Source: Desulfatiglandales bacterium (GTDB lineage: Bacteria; Desulfobacterota; DSM-4660; Desulfatiglandales; HGW-15). From it: DNA of 64,000 nucleotides. How positions within the stretch are numbered: the stretch's first letter is position 1; each line of letters starts with the position of its first letter. The stretch lies in NCBI GenBank assembly GCA_963667015.2, contig CAXXJJ010000004.1, positions 4,032,001 through 4,096,000 on the forward strand, written 5' to 3'. Both the position numbers and the translations under genes were made by a program. Below the pieces are notes generated by a model. It made no database searches. It saw only the letters and a program-made list of their open reading frames with translations, and was not told the origin of the DNA. Below are positions 19,029 through 28,492 of this stretch, piece by piece.

Positions 19029-20050
19029 TCATTTCTTCCGTCCTACAATGACATTCCTGCACGTAACACCCAGTATCCTTTTCTTTTGCATAGCAGAAAC
19101 TGTCCCGCCCTGAAATCTCTCGGATGACATTGGCGCCTGCATTACATGTGAAACAGCCCACCCCGCTTTTCTCATTAAAATACCGTAATCAATTATCAGG
19201 ATGGCAGCTTCTTCATCCTCCTCAAGAGCCGGGGTGCCCTGGAAATTCCTCCAATCAGCATTTATCATCACAAGCCTGGTGCCTTTTTTACTGTTCTCAA
19301 ACGCCAGCCTGAAAAACCTCTTCAAAAAATCCAGATAAACTTCTTTTGAGAGATTCGATATACTCTCTTCTTCATACTCCTTCGCCATTTTACTGAAATA
19401 TGGAGGGTCAAAGATTATAAGGTCAGGTTTAGTCTTACCGTTTACTGGCCATTTGAGATTATCTTTATCCCAGAACCAGGGCTCTATCTCCGGTCTTTCA
19501 TCTGGTCTGTCTGACATATCAAAGCTCCAGCATTTCCGGTTGAATGCCAGGCACGTATCGGCTGTAACACCACCTCCCGCCATGGGATCAACAACCAGGT
19601 CCCCCGGTTTGGAGAAGTAATATAATATATGTGCCACGAGCTGAGCGGGGATTCTACCGGGCCAGTCATCTCCGAAGCGTTTGCCGCAGTCGGTCCAGTA
19701 CCAGTTATCCCAGGTCCTGAGGCCCCATTGTAATTCACGAAATCGGAAAGGATCATTTTTACCATCCAGAGCAACAGACCAAACCAGAGACTCAGGCCAG
19801 TCATGCTTTTCAGCTACCTGAGAGATTGTGAACCCCTTTTTTAAATCGGAAATCGGCAATTTTGCTATCGTTGATGATCTCGCAAAAAGTCAGCGTCAGC
19901 AAAAAGAATACTATTTTGATGGCCTTTAACCCATGTCTAATCATGTAATCGTCGATTCTGAGGCAAATAGGAGACTCGATTTTTTGGGTTATAACGATTA
20001 TTCGACTTTTTGCGAGTCCATCATCGTTGGCATTTTTGCCGATATATGTC
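19029..20050 (-). pseudogene. N-terminally truncated, MITE-interrupted DNA methyltransferase (paralogue of 23544-26868)
   Basis: DPMAGGG and DPPYF motifs; removing the MITE restores SAKMPTIAKLPISDLKKGF, matching LAKMPELAFLLNSDLKKGF; homology stops near 20050. Confidence 0.85.
19873..20022. mobile_element. 150-bp MITE related to the IS at 24391-26293
   Basis: TIRs GATGATCTCGCAAAAAGTC / GACTTTTTGCGAGTCCATC; 6-bp target duplication ATCGTT at 19867-19872 and 20023-20028. Confidence 0.92.
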
Positions 20051-20057
20051 AAAAAAG

Positions 20058-20082
20058 GGGGATGCCCATAAGTTTATAAGTT
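20058..20082. repeat. Repeat B: GGGGATGCCCATAAGTTTATAAGTT (core motif only)
   Basis: Near-identical to the first 25 bp of repeats A and C; sits at the truncation point of the first methyltransferase. Confidence 0.8.
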
Positions 20083-20313
20083 CCTTTTAGCAGATAGAAG
20101 AGGCTGTTGGCTGTCGTGAATTATTTTTTACTTTTTAAATACCCTGCTGGAAGTTGATGACGAGTCTATCCAATTAATATCGAATAAAATAATAATTAAA
20201 TAAATTCCATTACCTGCCGATATATTAAGAATGCCGGATATATCCGGTTGCTTTACAGGCATTTTCTTTTTTTAAAAATTCAAAATTTTAATAATATAAA
20301 AGCAGGTTGATAA

Positions 20314-21117
20314 ATGGACCCTCTATCAATTATCCTCCATTTCATCAGTGGAGTTTGGTATTTATTTCCAGTACTCATTATTATCCTTATTCTTAAAACC
20401 CCATGGTTTAAAGGCTGGTCTGGCGAATTAATTGTAAACTTACTTGCCCGGTGGCGGCTTGATAAAAATATATATCATCGTATTAACAATGTGACATTGC
20501 CGGCTGAGAATGGAACTACTCAGGTTGACCATGTAATTGTTTCGGTATATGGCGTTTTTGTTGTTGAAACAAAAAACATGAAAGGCTGGATATTCGGCAG
20601 TGCGGACCAGGCCACCTGGACTCAAAAGATATACAGGAATACAAATAAATTCCAGAATCCACTTCGACAGAATTACAAGCATGTAAAAACATTGCAGTCC
20701 CTTCTTGGTTTAATGGATAATCAAATCCACTCTGTTGTTATTTTTTTTGGTGACAGTAAATTTAAAACAAGCATGCCTGAAAATGTTACCCATGGTATTG
20801 GCTATATCAGATATATTAAATCCAAATCACAGCAGGTCCTTACAGAGCCTGAGGTCATGGAAATAAAACTTAAAATCATTGATGCAAAACTTGAACAATC
20901 CTTCAGTACAAATAGAAGGCATGTTCAAAATGTAAGGAATATTATCAGAGAAAAAGAAGGCAGCAGCAAACCGGCATGCCCCAGATGCGGAGGTGTAATG
21001 GTTATGCGAGAAGTTAAAAAAGGACCTAATACCGGGAAACAGTTCTGGGGATGCAAAAGGTTTCCGGGGTGCAGGGGAGTTAAACCGATTACGGTTCAGA
21101 CACAGGCCGAAAGCTGA
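20314..21117 (+). CDS. NERD nuclease-related domain protein with N-terminal TM and C-terminal topoisomerase-type C4 zinc ribbon
   Basis: KGWSGE, TTQVDHVIVS..GVFVVETKN, FQNPLRQN; CPRCG...FWGCKRFPGC. Confidence 0.9.
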   Translation: MDPLSIILHFISGVWYLFPVLIIILILKTPWFKGWSGELIVNLLARWRLDKNIYHRINNVTLPAENGTTQVDHVIVSVYGVFVVETKNMKGWIFGSADQATWTQKIYRNTNKFQNPLRQNYKHVKTLQSLLGLMDNQIHSVVIFFGDSKFKTSMPENVTHGIGYIRYIKSKSQQVLTEPEVMEIKLKIIDAKLEQSFSTNRRHVQNVRNIIREKEGSSKPACPRCGGVMVMREVKKGPNTGKQFWGCKRFPGCRGVKPITVQTQAES

Positions 21118-21139
21118 TAGGAAAGGCTAAATGAAAAAA

Positions 21140-21165
21140 TGGATTCCCGTCTGCACGGTAATGAC
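21140..21165. repeat. Single short palindromic element TGGATTCCC-N8-GGTAATGAC (dRS3/REP-like)
   Basis: Matches ATTCCC-N8-GGGAAT with one mismatch. Confidence 0.4.
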
Positions 21166-21213
21166 AGATGGGGGATTGGATTACCTGATTTCGTACTGTT
21201 TTGTCGGAGATAA

Positions 21214-21984
21214 TTGATGATTATGGATAGATTAGTAATTAGATGTATATTTGTTATATTTTGTACCATATTCTTTTTCAGTGCAGTCCCATCAAACGCA
21301 GATACCATTGTGCTTAAGGATGGTAATAAAATAGAAGTTGATCATGCCTGGAAAGAAGGTGATTTAATAAAAGGTAAGAAGCCTTATGGATTTGTGAGTT
21401 TCCCGCAGGATACCGTCGAGACAGTCATTTACGAAAAAGAGACCCCAAATGACTCTTTTGAATTTGATATATGGCAGGCAGGTATCAGTATCGAAAAGGC
21501 CTTTAAAATAGCTGAGAAAAATGAAATCCCATTAGCCAAAATTGGCAGCCCTTCCATGGGAAATAAGTTTAATACCAGAATATATAAAGACATCAACAAA
21601 TATAATGCTTTCCATTACCATACTAACCTCATGGACAGGCATGCGGATGTGTCACTTTGTTTTACTCCTACCAGTAGAGTCCTTCATAAGGTTATTGTCA
21701 GTCTGTCGGTTGTGGGCGCAAAAGCAAAAGAATTTAAAGAAGAAGTACTGAACATGCTTAAAAGTAAATATGGGGATAAACTTAAATATAGTAAATAGCT
21801 TTTCGGTGATACACGAATCTGGAATGCAAACAACAAATATTCAGTTAGTATGATCTACCTGCCAGGAAATATTAAGATTGAATATTCAGATAATGCACTC
21901 GGTAATCAAAACGCAAAAGAAAAAAAGAAAATAGAAGATAAGAAAAGGAAAGAATATACAGAAAAAGATTCTCATAAATTTTAG
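21214..21984 (+). pseudogene. Secreted hypothetical protein with an internal in-frame TAG (21796-21798)
   Basis: Signal peptide then ADTIVLKDG; the frame stays open for 61 codons after the TAG, ending KDSHKF*. Confidence 0.65.
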
Positions 21985-22006
21985 AAGAATCCGAAAGCAA
22001 ACAACT

Positions 22007-22483
22007 ATGAACTCAAGTAATGATCACGAGTTAAGAATAAACGCAGCACTCGGTAAAATAATCAGAAATTTTAATTTTTTAGAATTAAATCTCGGTTTGA
22101 GTATAAGGTGCCTTGAAAACCCAAAGAATGTAGAACAATCTCATCCTATGCTTGCTCGAACGGGCTTTGATAAAAAACTTGATAAGTTTAAAATTCTTGT
22201 CGAAAATTTGGGAGTTATAAAAGACAAGGAAGAGTTTGATAACTGGTGTCAGGACGCAGAAGAAGCAAGACGTTATAGGAATTATTACGTTCATGGTACA
22301 TGGGACTATCTCCCTTTAATAAAAGACAAACCCCTCGGATTCCACCTTCCTCCATGGAGAAAAGAGACTTTACGAGGCGAATCAATTATTAGAATGAGTA
22401 TTGATGAACTTGAATCCGATGCTCAGAAGATTGAGGATGCTAATAAAAATTTAATGAAATTACGAAATAAGTATCGTGTGTAA
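22007..22483 (+). CDS. Hypothetical protein, candidate HEPN-like RNase
   Basis: Helical 158-aa protein with early LE and an Rx4H motif (RNYYVH). Confidence 0.55.
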   Translation: MNSSNDHELRINAALGKIIRNFNFLELNLGLSIRCLENPKNVEQSHPMLARTGFDKKLDKFKILVENLGVIKDKEEFDNWCQDAEEARRYRNYYVHGTWDYLPLIKDKPLGFHLPPWRKETLRGESIIRMSIDELESDAQKIEDANKNLMKLRNKYRV

Positions 22484-22532
22484 GAAAACAAATTAAGAGT
22501 AAGAAAAAATAGAGAGGTCTACTCCTGTAATA

Positions 22533-23288
22533 ATGAGGTTGAATGTGGAAGAACATGAGAACGTTGTTAAAAAAAACGTATTTGGACCCTGGGCAACAAC
22601 AGGACTTGGGCTTGCTGTTGGTATAACTTATTTTGTGATCCAGATATTGATCATGATCGTTTTTGTTATTGCGGAATATAAATCAAATCCTAAATTGGAT
22701 TTACAACAGCTTGCTATTGAAATTGGACAGAATGGATCGTTTGTTTCGGTTGCTGTTATTGCAAGCGCGATTGTCTGCACAGGTCTGGTCTTTTTGATTA
22801 TCAAACTCAAGAAAGGGGCCGGGATTTCAGAATACCTGGGATTTATTCCGGTTAAAGGAAAAACGCTCCTTATCCTGGCGGCTCTTACAGCAGGATTCAT
22901 TATATTATCAGATAGCCTCCATTTTCTTCTTGGAAAACCTGTTGTTCCGCAGGATCAGGTTGTCGCATTCAGAACATGCGACTTTATTGCACTCTTGTGG
23001 ATATCAATAGTCATTACAGCTCCGGTTTTTGAAGAGTTCTTTGTTCGAGGCTTTCTGTTAGAAGGTTTCAGACAATCCAGAATTGGAAATACCGGGGCAA
23101 TCGTTCTAACATCATTTGTCTGGTCGATTCTTCATTTCCAGTATGGCGCCTTCGACCTGGCGATAATCTTCATCGGAGGAATATTATTGGGTATTGCGCG
23201 TATTAAGACAGGTTCTATCTGGAGTTGTGTATTCATACATGCATTGAATAATTTTGTGTCAACGATTGAGACAGTTATAGTGTCGTAG
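22533..23288 (+). CDS. CPBP (Abi/CAAX) intramembrane metalloprotease
   Basis: Multiple TMs; EEFFVRG, WSILH, HALNN motifs. Confidence 0.9.
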   Translation: MRLNVEEHENVVKKNVFGPWATTGLGLAVGITYFVIQILIMIVFVIAEYKSNPKLDLQQLAIEIGQNGSFVSVAVIASAIVCTGLVFLIIKLKKGAGISEYLGFIPVKGKTLLILAALTAGFIILSDSLHFLLGKPVVPQDQVVAFRTCDFIALLWISIVITAPVFEEFFVRGFLLEGFRQSRIGNTGAIVLTSFVWSILHFQYGAFDLAIIFIGGILLGIARIKTGSIWSCVFIHALNNFVSTIETVIVS

Positions 23289-23315
23289 AAAGGACTTTAG
23301 ATGCTAAGTGCAATA

Positions 23316-23419
23316 GGGGATGCCCATAAGTTCATAAGTTTGCATAGATTGATGGACTGCGGAGGACGTTTATGCAGAACGCGAAATAAAACAGAAAGTC
23401 ACGCTCTGCACAAACGTTA
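23316..23419. repeat. 104-bp repeat C: GGGGATGCCCATAAGTTCATAAGTT motif plus hairpin (23366-23417)
   Basis: Ungapped match to 18507-18610. Confidence 0.88.
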
Positions 23420-23452
23420 GAGAATGGAGGGGAACGTGGAGGGGAAGAGAAT

Positions 23453-23535
23453 CAGACTGAAGACTGTTAGACTGTAGGCTGAAGCAAAAACTGAAAAACC
23501 TAACCTAACAGCCTATAGTAAATCCCTTCAGCCTG
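23453..23535. repeat. Inverted pair of REP-like units downstream of the ParB-MTase gene
   Basis: CAGACTGAAGACTGTTAG... / ...CTAACAGCCTATAG...CTTCAGCCTG; 23457-23494 matches 26896-26933 at 36/38. Confidence 0.75.
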
Positions 23536-24390
23536 CTTTTCTCTCAGCCTTGCTTTTTAGCAACAATCACATACCTGCTTGTAACCCCAAGTATCTTCTT
23601 TTTCTGCATAGCTGCCACTACCCCTGCCTGGAACCTCTCCGACGACATGGGAGCCCACATGATGTGGATTTCCTCCCAGCCTGATTTATGCATGGCATCA
23701 AGATAGTCGTTCATAAGAATGGAATTCTTTCTTTTCTCTTCCATCGCCGGAGTATTTTGAAAATCTCTCCAGTCTGCATTTATCATCGCAAGCCTGGTCT
23801 CTTTTTTACTGTTCTCACCGGCTAACCTGAAAAACCTTTCAAGAAATTTAAGGTAATCTGTTTTTGGGAGGTTCGATATACTATCTTCGCCATACTCTTT
23901 TGCCTTCTTACTGAAATAGGGCGGGTCAAAGATTATAAGGTCCGGTTTTGTCTTGCCATTGACCGGCCATTTGAGATTATGTATGTCCCAGAAATGGTTT
24001 TCTATTTCCGGTCTTTCATCCGGCCTGTCAACCATATCAAAGCTCCAGCAGCGGCGGTTGAATGCAAGGCATGTGTCAGCAGTAACACCGCCTCCGGCCA
24101 TGGGATCGATAACGAGGTCATTCTGCCGGGAGAAGTAATAGAGGATGTGAGCAACAAGCTGCGCAGGTATCCTGCCGGGCCAATCGTCGCCGAACCTCTT
24201 ATCGCAATCGGTCCATTTCCAGTCATCCCAGGACCTGAGCCCCCACTTTATTTCCTGGTATTTAGCAAGGTCATCTTTTTCCTCAAGCTTGAGTGCCCAG
24301 ACCATAGATTCAGGCCAGCCGTGCTTTTCAGCAACCTGTGGAACTGTAAATCCTTTTTTTAGATCACTATTTAGCAAAAATGCCAACTCT

Positions 24391-26293
24391 GATGGACTCG
24401 CAAAAAGTCAGAAAAAACCCCCATGAGGATTACATGTGTAAACCTACAATAATAGACCTGATCGGGAAAATTATTCTAAGTGTTCCACTAAAACGCCACA
24501 AAAGTTCTTTGAAAACTAAATAAACCTGATTATGCCTGGATGAACCGCCCTTATTGGGCCTATTATTGGGATTTGCCTTCTTTCGAAGGGAGGCAGCCCT
24601 AAATAGGTTTATACCTATAGCCTTCAAGATAGCACAGAATCGCACAGCTTCAAAGCCCCTTACCCGGAGATGCTTGACACCTGTTCGCCTGTCATATTCA
24701 GACATAGTGGCTTCCACACCTGCCCGCCATCGGTATTCGTCTTTGAACTCAGCTGTATTCTCCCTGGCTTTTCTCATGGCTAATCGCATAGCCTTTTCCT
24801 TATAACGAAAATAATAGTGTCTCTTTCCGCGTCGGACAATACATTGCTCTTCTACTTCACATTGAGAACAGGTTTCAAAAGATAAACATTGTGTAAAGCT
24901 CTTATCATTTATTTTCTTGAGAACAGGTTCATTCCCTTTCGGACATTTCAGCACATGACCATCCTCCGAAAATTCAAAGTCCTTTAGGTTTATTGAACCT
25001 TTTTCGGCATTGCTCATTACCGGTGAGATCACTGTTACTCCCATTTCTTTGGCAGTTTCACAATTATCATAGCTTCCATAGAGAGAATCAACTGTGAGTT
25101 TTTTGGGGCAGAGCCCGCGGGACTTCGCAGATTCAATTGCGGGAACCAGTGCCTGGGTGTCGCTCTGGCAAGCTTTCTCAACTTCAACATGGGTGATCAG
25201 GTTTAGAGTTCCAGCTTTTATCTCTTTGTCCTCTGTTTCTGTGTACGTCTCCATGATCTGGACCTGATAACCCTGTCCTTTATGGCTACTGTAAGTGGCA
25301 TCAGGATCTGAATGGTTTTGAAGAGAATCAGATGATACATCTTTTGGCTTCTTTACTTCGACCGGGGTAGAATCATCTGAGACATTGACGTTACACTGTT
25401 CATTTAATACCCGGTCAAGGAGCTTGTAACTGTGCATATTGGTAACTTCCTGGCAACCTTTAAATTGATGGACCAGGTCAAAAAGATCAGAACCAAGGGA
25501 CTGAAGTGTTTTAGCTGATTCTGATGGCTTTACCATTGAAAAGCACCCCAATGCCTTTTTAGAAAAATATTTATCGACAATAGCACTATCTACTTTCTCA
25601 AATTGTTCATTATAATTACGTTTGAGGTTGATCAGAAACTTATGAATTGTATGGCTGAATATGCCGATTCGCCCCAATCGTCGCATGTTTGATTTAATAT
25701 GAACTGAATCCATACGTTGAGTATCGGTGTTCACGTTAAAGATCTTTGCCAGTTTATTGGTGGTACAATTAAACAGGACTGTATCCAATTGTTTTTTTAT
25801 AACGATGTGGCGTATGTTCCACAGGGTCCTGGGGCACATGTATTTTGCTGAATCAGTATCTTCGGTAATGTTCAGAGCATAATGCCATTGGGTATTAAAG
25901 GCAAATTGCTCAATGGTTTCTTCATCGGTGAGATCAAGGCTCTGTTGTAAAACCATAACTCCGAGGGCTGTATGTAATTCTTTTGTAGGCCTGCCAAAAT
26001 CCTCAGTAAAAGAGGAGGCGATTTTGGCGACTGGGAGTTCGCAAAGCAAATGATTCCGAAATAAACCGGCCCAGGATTTATCGAGAAGCTCTCTTCGCTT
26101 TGGACTCAAATGGCCCCATGGATCGAAAAGTTCACCTTGTTTGTGGTTTTTAATCCGAATCATGCTTTTCACCTTAAATGATTGATATTTAAGAGTTTTT
26201 ATAGCATTTTCAGTAAATGGAATCAAGTGAATATTGCAGTTTATTTAAATAATTTCAAATACTTATTACAAATTGACTTTTTGCGAGTCCATC
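24391..26293 (-). mobile_element. Insertion sequence, IS1182-like (IS4/IS5 superfamily DDE), 1903 bp
   Basis: Perfect 20-bp TIRs GATGGACTCGCAAAAAGTCA; 6-bp TSD AACTCT (24385-24390, 26294-26299); single transposase. Confidence 0.93.
24430..26163 (-). CDS. DDE transposase (DUF772-like N-terminus, Cys-rich insertion)
   Basis: FGRPT, RMDSVHI, VDSLYGS, YRWRAGVEATMS; apparently intact. Confidence 0.92.
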   Translation of the reverse strand: MIRIKNHKQGELFDPWGHLSPKRRELLDKSWAGLFRNHLLCELPVAKIASSFTEDFGRPTKELHTALGVMVLQQSLDLTDEETIEQFAFNTQWHYALNITEDTDSAKYMCPRTLWNIRHIVIKKQLDTVLFNCTTNKLAKIFNVNTDTQRMDSVHIKSNMRRLGRIGIFSHTIHKFLINLKRNYNEQFEKVDSAIVDKYFSKKALGCFSMVKPSESAKTLQSLGSDLFDLVHQFKGCQEVTNMHSYKLLDRVLNEQCNVNVSDDSTPVEVKKPKDVSSDSLQNHSDPDATYSSHKGQGYQVQIMETYTETEDKEIKAGTLNLITHVEVEKACQSDTQALVPAIESAKSRGLCPKKLTVDSLYGSYDNCETAKEMGVTVISPVMSNAEKGSINLKDFEFSEDGHVLKCPKGNEPVLKKINDKSFTQCLSFETCSQCEVEEQCIVRRGKRHYYFRYKEKAMRLAMRKARENTAEFKDEYRWRAGVEATMSEYDRRTGVKHLRVRGFEAVRFCAILKAIGINLFRAASLRKKANPNNRPNKGGSSRHNQVYLVFKELLWRFSGTLRIIFPIRSIIVGLHM

Positions 26294-26892
26294 AACTCTG
26301 GCATTTTTGCTAAATAGTTCGATATGCTTCTCTGTTGAACACTCAATCTACTGGAAATCCTTTCCTGCGGAATCCCAAGTTTATTCATTTTGAATAATTT
26401 AAGATCAAGTTTTGACTGGATGACTGCCCTCAGGTCAGAAATATAATTATCCACAGCCTGCCTGGAACGACTGAACGCCTTACCGATTTCCGCTGAACTC
26501 AATTTCGGATCATCAAGATATGCCCGTCTCACGGCATCCCTTGACTCTTCGTCACTGAGCTGCCTCGGGCCTATTGCCTTTTGAGCTGCATACAGAAGAG
26601 GATGTGTCCCATTTAGTTTTATTATCTGTGCAGGAATCTCTGTTTCACCAATTCCCTTATAGGCCTGATGCCGGTGTGCGCCGTCCAGGATACGGTATTT
26701 GCCGGGTTCATCCGGATGTTCCTGAAGATGTATGGGATCAAATTCAATGCCGTCCCGCATGTTCTCCTCAAACATTGCTACGCGTTTGTGATCGATATTG
26801 CTTCTGGGATAGATTCTTTTGTCCAGGACAATGTCCGTGGTTTTTACAGTATCGGTTTTTGAGCTCATAGTTTTTACCTTTTCCTAAGAATT

Positions 26893-26985
26893 AGGCTGAA
26901 GACTGTTAGAGTGAAGGCTGAAGCAAAAACTGACAGTTTTTAACCTGCGTTTCTAACAGTCCTCAGACTGAAAGGCTTCAGAATG
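26893..26985. repeat. Inverted pair of REP-like units upstream of the ParB-MTase gene
   Basis: AGGCTGAAGACTGTTAGAGTGAAGGCTGAAG / CTAACAGTCCTCAGACTGAAAGGCTTCAG. Confidence 0.75.
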
Positions 26986-27386
26986 TTGTCCAGCGTGTTG
27001 TTTGAAAAAACGAAATTCCGGTTATTTGTAAAAATGTATTACTGGTAGGTGTAGATGCTTATTACAAACATCATGCCATAATGGTTCGGCTGCAGTACTT
27101 TCCTGGTTACATAGGGCTGAAACTCTTTAATATCAAGGGTATTAAAATTTTATTATTTCCTATGGGATGTTTTTATATGATTTTCTTTATGAATAAAAAA
27201 TATATGAATGCACAGTACCATGTGCATTATGCACTGTATTACATGCAAATTTTATTTTTTTAATGAGAAGACACGGATAAAGGAGAACTAAGGGATGCCG
27301 GTAAAAATAAAAACAATATTAGAAAGAAACATTTTTTAATAATCAAATAATCTATTAAAATCAATCTCTGGGAAAGCACCTTGAAT

Positions 27387-27426
27387 TGGTTGACAGAATA
27401 AACAAAAATGATAAAATTGTCAACCA
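27387..27426 (+). promoter_or_regulatory. Promoter with flanking inverted-repeat operator for the XRE-IrrE/PIN operon
   Basis: TTGACA (27390) and extended -10 TGnTAAAAT (27409-27417), bracketed by TGGTTGACA / TGTCAACCA. Confidence 0.65.
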
Positions 27427-27439
27427 TGGAGGTGCTGCC

Positions 27440-28492
27440 ATGATAAATAATTTTGGAGAAAGATTATGTGCCGCCCGGAAGATGGCGGGGCTGAGTTTGG
27501 ATGCGCTTGCCCGGAAGGCAGGGGATATAGTCACCAAGCAGGCTATCAGTAAATATGAGAAGGGTAAGATCAATCCGGGGAGTGATGTGTTGCTGGCCCT
27601 GGCAAATGCCCTTGGTGTTAAGGTGGATTTTTTCTTTCGGGCATCTGATATTGCTGTTGAAGGAATAGAATTCCGGAAACGATCAAGGCTGCCCAAAAAG
27701 GAAGAAGACCGGATCAAATATCAGACCATTGAGTTTATAAAAAAATACCTTGAGGTTGAAGAGATCCTGGATGTTAAACCTTCATTTAAAAATCCTGTTT
27801 CTACCAATCAGATAAAAAGTTACGAAGATATTGAAAATGCTGCTGCTGAGATCCGGAAAAAGTGGAAACTGGGTAATGGCCCCATTCCCAATTTAATCGA
27901 GCTTTTAGAGGATAAAGGGTTTAAAATATTTGAAGTTGAAGCAGATCAGCTCTTTGATGGACTTTCCGGAGTTGTTGAAGGGAAAAGGATACCGGTTATT
28001 GCGGTCTATAAAAAGAGCGAGGCAGTTCGTAAAAGATTTACTATCGCGCATGAACTGGGTCATCTTCTCCTTGATTTTTCTGGATCAAAAGTTGACTCCT
28101 ATGAAAAACTATGCCATGCCTTTGCAGGCGCCCTGCTTCTTCCAAGAGAGGTGATGTTTGAAGAACTCTGGGAAAAGCGTAGCAGAGTTACCGAATGGGA
28201 ACTGTTGAAAATAAAAGGCCTTTATGGTGCATCCATGCAAGCCATTATGGCCAGGGCATTTCACCTTAAAATCATTTCTGAAAATGTGTACCGGCAGTTC
28301 AATATTTTTGTAAATAAAAACGGCTGGAGAAAGTCAGAACCTGGAGAAAATGAAGGTATTGAAGAGGCGAACCGATTTAAACAGCTTGTGATGTATGCTG
28401 TTGCAGAGAGGATTATAAGTTTCAGTAAAGGTGCAGAGCTTTTTAACCAGTCTCTGGATGACTTTGAAAAGGAGGTTCGTGTGGTTTCATGA
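27440..28492 (+). CDS. XRE-family HTH fused to ImmA/IrrE metallopeptidase
   Basis: N-terminal HTH (VTKQAISKYEKG), RFTIAHELGH (HExxH), EKLCHAFAGALLLP; start ATG 27440 after GGAGG. Confidence 0.92.
   Translation: MINNFGERLCAARKMAGLSLDALARKAGDIVTKQAISKYEKGKINPGSDVLLALANALGVKVDFFFRASDIAVEGIEFRKRSRLPKKEEDRIKYQTIEFIKKYLEVEEILDVKPSFKNPVSTNQIKSYEDIENAAAEIRKKWKLGNGPIPNLIELLEDKGFKIFEVEADQLFDGLSGVVEGKRIPVIAVYKKSEAVRKRFTIAHELGHLLLDFSGSKVDSYEKLCHAFAGALLLPREVMFEELWEKRSRVTEWELLKIKGLYGASMQAIMARAFHLKIISENVYRQFNIFVNKNGWRKSEPGENEGIEEANRFKQLVMYAVAERIISFSKGAELFNQSLDDFEKEVRVVS

Larger units (their letters stand above)
23544..26868 (-). pseudogene. ParB-N / HTH / amino-DNA methyltransferase fusion (471 aa when reconstituted), split by an IS
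   Basis: Joining 26868-26294 to 24384-23544 gives 1416 nt in frame; ParB motif YRILDGAHR, HTH segments, MTase motifs DPMAGGG and DPPYF. Confidence 0.9.

Noticed and set aside
19810..20052. 80-aa ORF spanning the MITE
   Set aside because: It is in a different frame from the methyltransferase and made mostly of MITE sequence; the MTase frame hits TAA inside the MITE.
19029..24386. Paired MTase copies as a DGR template/variable repeat or an invertible shufflon
   Set aside because: Differences are spread over all bases rather than being adenine-specific, the copies are in direct orientation, and no reverse transcriptase or invertase is present.
26266..26868. ParB ORF (200 aa) and MTase ORF (23544-24386) as two independent genes
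   Set aside because: They join in frame once the IS and one TSD copy are removed; the last residues of the 200-aa ORF are read from the IS end.
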